20,000 bases of DNA. Origin: an uncultured virus (IMG/VR IMGVR_UViG_3300027708_002528) (lineage: Duplodnaviria > Heunggongvirae > Uroviricota > Caudoviricetes). The DNA lies in the IMG/VR virus record IMGVR_UViG_3300027708_002528, one strand, 5' to 3'. This document shows, piece after piece, positions 15,993-20,000 of this stretch; within the stretch, counting starts at the first letter, position 1, and each line of letters begins with the position of its first letter. The notes below the pieces were generated by a model. The model was not told the origin of the DNA. It saw only the letters and a list, made by a program, of their open reading frames with translations, and ran no database searches. The position numbers and the translations under genes are program-made.

Positions 15993-18007
15993 AGATTGGT
16001 CGCGTTAGTGATTTGAAAGACATGAACAGCTTTTCCCACAAGCGGAAGAGGATAGGGATTATCGGACCAAACATTGCTAACAATATAAAGCCGACTGGTC
16101 GATTGGTCGTAAGTGCATACCACAGTGTCTTCTGCCAAACCGGTGTATCTTGTATAGCTAGGAAGTCGGATACTCCAAGACGCTCTTGGTTTGATAGTGC
16201 TATAAGTTAAAGATCCGCTAACAACTGCGGCGAGATCCGTTGCACTATACGCCCAAAAACGTATTCCGCTGCCGTTAGGACTAAAGCCTGTCAGTGGGCC
16301 GGGACCATCAAATGCCGGATAGGTAAAATCATAAATACGTTTTAGTGAGCTATTGCCCATCAATCCTTTGATTCCGTATTCATAAAAACACCCGCCCCCC
16401 CCGCCAACAAATACCAAACTGTCCGTCCCGTTAGGCCAAAACATTCCTGAACATCCTGTACCGCCATGCCAAATTGGAGAAAATGCATCAGGTATTGCCG
16501 AATTGGGGTCAAGTTGACCAGGGTCATATCTGGACAATTGGTTACCAGAAACGTAAGGAATAAGTTTATAAGTTGTTGATGACGTTGGGTTGGTTGTCCA
16601 ATTATAAAATCCTATGTCTACAGTGGCTACTTTAGTAACACCGTTGTAAGCGGTTATTTTCAAAGCCGCTGGAGATGCGCTTGGCGCATAAACCCAAAAG
16701 TTTTTATAATAATCGGTTGTTCCGTTAGCTGAAAGTGCTAATTGAATCGTATTAGCCGATCCGCCTTGTGCAGTTCCAGTTTCAATTTTTGCAATAGCAG
16801 CCGATATATTTGCTGAATTAAAACAAATTGCAGCGGGGCCATCTGATGCAGATCCCACAGTGGAAATATTACCGTTTCCAGCAATAATGTCGCCGCCCAA
16901 AGCAGTTTGCCACGCAGCGGGTACTTTTGTCATAAACCCTGCATTTGCTCTTGGGAGTAATTGGCCCCTCACCGGATCAATAACAGTAAATGGACCCTCT
17001 ACAGAAGTAACTGTGACGTTTGCATTCCTACGCCAAAAATAACCGCTTGGTACCTGCGTATAAGTTCCAACTTGAGTAACTAAAGAATTAGCGGAGCCAT
17101 AAACATTAAATAATCCATTTGACCTCCAGTCTGTTCCTGAAGGCAATCCTGTCGTTGTGTAGTTTCCACCACTTACTAAAGTAGCCTGTCCACCATATAC
17201 ATCTGAACTAGACCTTTTTACCTCGGCTACCGGTAACGAAGAAAAATTGTTAGACGAACTTAGTGATGTTGGAATAGATAGCTCAGCCATTCCAGTCCAT
17301 TCGACGCCATTACCAAATTGTTGTAAATAGCTTACTGATAATGATGAATTGCCACTTACACTATAAGATGCAGGAATTAGTCCCATGCAAGTTACACCGT
17401 ATTTTGTTTCTGATCCAGCAATACTTGATGGTAAAGCAAAAGAGCCAAGATATGAAAGATTATCTTGAAATACTAACGTACTACTTGGAGCTGATCCCGT
17501 AACAGTAACCGGATCGCTGATTGTTGTAGTAGTGCTGGTTGGGCCTTCATATGTTTTACCATCATTTGAACTACTGATCTTCCAAACAGTTTCTTTAACA
17601 GTCAGGTTTTTCCCAATATCCGCAGCTTGTGCGGTATACATGGTATGTACTGCATTAGAAATAGCAACTCCGTCTCGATACCACTGAAAGTCACGTTGCA
17701 ATGGATAATCAATCACTAACTTCCAAGCCGTTCCAACGGCCGGCGCTGTATCCCAGCTAACCGTTGCTCGTTTTGTTGTTTGATCATAAGAAGTAACATT
17801 CCAATTATATTGGGGAGCGACTGTTCTTCCTGTCGTCAACCAATGGCCAATATAGGAATTGGCCGAACTTGAGGCAGACGCGCCAAGATATATCGTTGAG
17901 CCAACAACGTCCCCCACACCAACTGTTCCAGTCAATACAAAAGGAGGTTCATTTACATACGTTCCGACGGTTGTCGAAAGGATCGATCCTACGTTAACAC
18001 TAGGCAT
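15989..18007 (-). CDS. Large putative virion surface protein with Ig-like domain and inserted repeat modules
   Basis: FQWYRDGVAISNA....YT...ADIGK.LTV Ig-like motif; start re-assigned to ATG 18007 (TAATG overlap, GGAG 9 nt upstream). Confidence 0.7.
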   Translation of the reverse strand: MPSVNVGSILSTTVGTYVNEPPFVLTGTVGVGDVVGSTIYLGASASSSANSYIGHWLTTGRTVAPQYNWNVTSYDQTTKRATVSWDTAPAVGTAWKLVIDYPLQRDFQWYRDGVAISNAVHTMYTAQAADIGKNLTVKETVWKISSSNDGKTYEGPTSTTTTISDPVTVTGSAPSSTLVFQDNLSYLGSFALPSSIAGSETKYGVTCMGLIPASYSVSGNSSLSVSYLQQFGNGVEWTGMAELSIPTSLSSSNNFSSLPVAEVKRSSSDVYGGQATLVSGGNYTTTGLPSGTDWRSNGLFNVYGSANSLVTQVGTYTQVPSGYFWRRNANVTVTSVEGPFTVIDPVRGQLLPRANAGFMTKVPAAWQTALGGDIIAGNGNISTVGSASDGPAAICFNSANISAAIAKIETGTAQGGSANTIQLALSANGTTDYYKNFWVYAPSASPAALKITAYNGVTKVATVDIGFYNWTTNPTSSTTYKLIPYVSGNQLSRYDPGQLDPNSAIPDAFSPIWHGGTGCSGMFWPNGTDSLVFVGGGGGCFYEYGIKGLMGNSSLKRIYDFTYPAFDGPGPLTGFSPNGSGIRFWAYSATDLAAVVSGSLTYSTIKPRASWSIRLPSYTRYTGLAEDTVVCTYDQSTSRLYIVSNVWSDNPYPLPLVGKAVHVFQITNATNL

Positions 18008-20000
18008 TATGCTGCTCTCCAAACATTAATACTCGGCGCACTAATTAATACAGGTCCGGTTGAAGGACTTACCGTCAGTGCCAGCGTTGTGTTTGCGTTG
18101 CCGGAACTGTTAGAAGCCTTGAACGTAATCTGGCTTGACGTAGTATTTAGTGTCGGCGTTCCCGATAGTAGCCCACTTGAGCTAAATGTCATGCCACTAG
18201 GTAATGTTCCTGATAGGATAGACCATGTGATTGGAGGCACCCCGGCAGCGATAAACTGGGTATTGGCATATGCGGTGCCTGTCGAGCCATCAGTAAGATA
18301 GGTTGGAGAAAGAATGATCGGATATGAAGTAGGAACAGATTCTCCAGGATAACGCAACCAGAATATGCTGTTAGTTACTGGACCACTGTATTGTCTTAAT
18401 TTATAAATCTTCAATGTTGCAGAAGTAGGTCGTGTCAATGGAACAGGAAGATTGAGAATAATTCGTCCGCCGGAGCTTGAGCCTGACCCTAAATCTCCAT
18501 ATACGTTCCATGAGGCTGAAGTCGGCGCTCCTCCAAATCCAGATAAATTCAGTCCAGTATCACTAATCACATATTGATCAGCACCACCATCATAGCTGAC
18601 TCTTGGACGATGCGTTGAATCGGTGTCTTCCGACAATGCCCATGATGATCCAGGCGCGGGACCTGATCCGCAGATAATAATAGCACTCAATTTATATGGA
18701 TTATCATAAATTGCTTGCATCAATGAAGTAATGTCTACTGTAAATAATGTAGCCTCGGAAGGATCCGTTATTGTTGCCCATGGAGTTGTTCCGTTTGCTG
18801 TACCAGTAGCATCCCACCAGTCACCCCCATTGACGTTCCAAGCTTTGTTTGTGTCGAAATACGGCGTGCTAATGTTTGCTATATTGATTACTGGTCTTAT
18901 ACTCTGTACAGCAAAGCTAAATGTTGCATTAGCGTCTGGTGCATTACCATTAGAGCAATTGAACGTCAAATTAATACCGGTATTTACATCAGTCAATAAA
19001 GGTGTTCCACTAATGGTTCCGGCTGAAGAAATTGTCATCCATGCAGGCTTATTGCCGCTAGTGAGAGTCCAGGTAAAGGCGTTGGGTGCACCGAGTGCTT
19101 TTAACTGAAAATTGTATGGCTGAAGTGCCGTTGCATTAGTCAATGTAGTCGTAAGAATTCTTGGATATGATGTTACCACAGGTCGAGCAGTCATAGCCCA
19201 ACCTGGTTGAAAAGGAAAATAAGTTCCTCCGAAAGCATCAGGACCTAAACGTACATCATTGAAATTTGTTTTATACCAAGTCCAAGTTGTGTTTGCTCCG
19301 GGCAATTGTCCTTGATCATTGAGTATTGAAAATGCAGCCGCTGTAACATTAGGAGACGATCCATGGCTTTCCCATGTACTTAGTGCGCGAGCCTGTGTCG
19401 ATCCTGCGGCCAATGCAGTATAATAATCAGAAGTGGCTGGCTTCATACCTGGAATATAAGTTTGATTATTATAAACACTAAGAACATCTTGCCAACTATT
19501 AAACCAAGAAGTCCTGGTTCGAGGATCATCCGTTGAGGTTACACGAATCGTACCTCGTTGTAGAGGTGCTGGATGTGATGCGACTATCCAAGCAGTTGCT
19601 GGATCTTTAATAGCCTCGGTAAAATAATACGAATACCAACTTATCAAGTTATCGGTTGCGAATCCAAGGTCTTTCGCATATGCCATGGCCAATACGAAAT
19701 ATCCTTGTTGAAAGGTGGCGGCTTGAGAACCGACCGTAACACTTCCATTGAAGTCGGAAACATATCCTGTGTAGTAATCATATCCATAACCATAGTTAGC
19801 GGAATCATTAAGGTTATCACCATAGTGAAGAGGATCAACATCAACGCCGTTAAGAGGTGTTCCATAGAAACCTATTCTACCGGTTGTCTGTCCCCAAGCA
19901 TAGTCAGCATCGAATTGAGTATCCGTAAACGTTCTAGGGGAAATCTTCCTTATACCTTCATTTACGGTAATACCACTCTTCACCAGGTATGTAAAGTAAT
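18007..20000 (-). CDS. Large putative virion surface protein with two putative-Ig (He_PIG-like) domains; 5'-truncated by the window edge
   Basis: Frame stays open to base 20000; two I.T..L.......Y...L.A.G.....TW...SG.(K/L)P..MT.SS.G..SGTP repeats flank a DNRLRE-like module. Confidence 0.75.
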   Translation of the reverse strand, partial: YFTYLVKSGITVNEGIRKISPRTFTDTQFDADYAWGQTTGRIGFYGTPLNGVDVDPLHYGDNLNDSANYGYGYDYYTGYVSDFNGSVTVGSQAATFQQGYFVLAMAYAKDLGFATDNLISWYSYYFTEAIKDPATAWIVASHPAPLQRGTIRVTSTDDPRTRTSWFNSWQDVLSVYNNQTYIPGMKPATSDYYTALAAGSTQARALSTWESHGSSPNVTAAAFSILNDQGQLPGANTTWTWYKTNFNDVRLGPDAFGGTYFPFQPGWAMTARPVVTSYPRILTTTLTNATALQPYNFQLKALGAPNAFTWTLTSGNKPAWMTISSAGTISGTPLLTDVNTGINLTFNCSNGNAPDANATFSFAVQSIRPVINIANISTPYFDTNKAWNVNGGDWWDATGTANGTTPWATITDPSEATLFTVDITSLMQAIYDNPYKLSAIIICGSGPAPGSSWALSEDTDSTHRPRVSYDGGADQYVISDTGLNLSGFGGAPTSASWNVYGDLGSGSSSGGRIILNLPVPLTRPTSATLKIYKLRQYSGPVTNSIFWLRYPGESVPTSYPIILSPTYLTDGSTGTAYANTQFIAAGVPPITWSILSGTLPSGMTFSSSGLLSGTPTLNTTSSQITFKASNSSGNANTTLALTVSPSTGPVLISAPSINVWRAA

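Noticed and set aside
14116..18828. Diversity-generating retroelement template/variable repeat pair
   Set aside because: Both copies are coding and diverged at all base types, and no reverse transcriptase is present in the window.
230..19865. Plus-strand and alternate-frame ORFs in the track (e.g. 1281-1625, 4607-4828, 6394-6714, 12377-12751, 18731-19108)
   Set aside because: They overlap well-supported minus-strand genes or the tmRNA and have no recognisable motifs; treated as shadow ORFs.
1..20000. Stop-codon reassignment, introns or inteins
   Set aside because: Core genes are full length in the standard code, TAA, TGA and TAG all end genes, and no interruption is evident in the recognisable core genes.

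Overview
Window from a T4-like (Tevenvirinae-related, 'far-T4') myophage genome with nearly all genes on the minus strand. The left half is the conserved replication/late-transcription neighbourhood: gp32, HAD nucleotidase, gp59, gp33, SleB-type hydrolase, PD-(D/E)XK exonuclease, PhoH and a pyrimidine-dimer glycosylase-like gene. Several accessory units are inserted there, most with their own T4 late-promoter box. They include a circularly permuted (two-piece) tmRNA (tag ANKASNDEVFALAA), a T3-type SAM lyase-like protein, a second unknown protein (both with N-termini resembling the T4 capsid-targeting sequence), and a divergent PurD-like ATP-grasp ligase whose RBS sits in a T4-style late-control hairpin. 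A displaced gp38-like glycine-rich adhesin plus a HEXXH protein is also inserted but shows no late-promoter box. Positions 10366-12035 hold small early genes behind a near-consensus sigma70 promoter. Positions 12113-20000 are a coupled cassette of large Ser/Thr/Gly-rich virion-surface-like proteins built from shared, shuffled modules, including an Ig-like domain that appears split across two ORFs. All family calls come from motif recognition by eye; no database searches were run.
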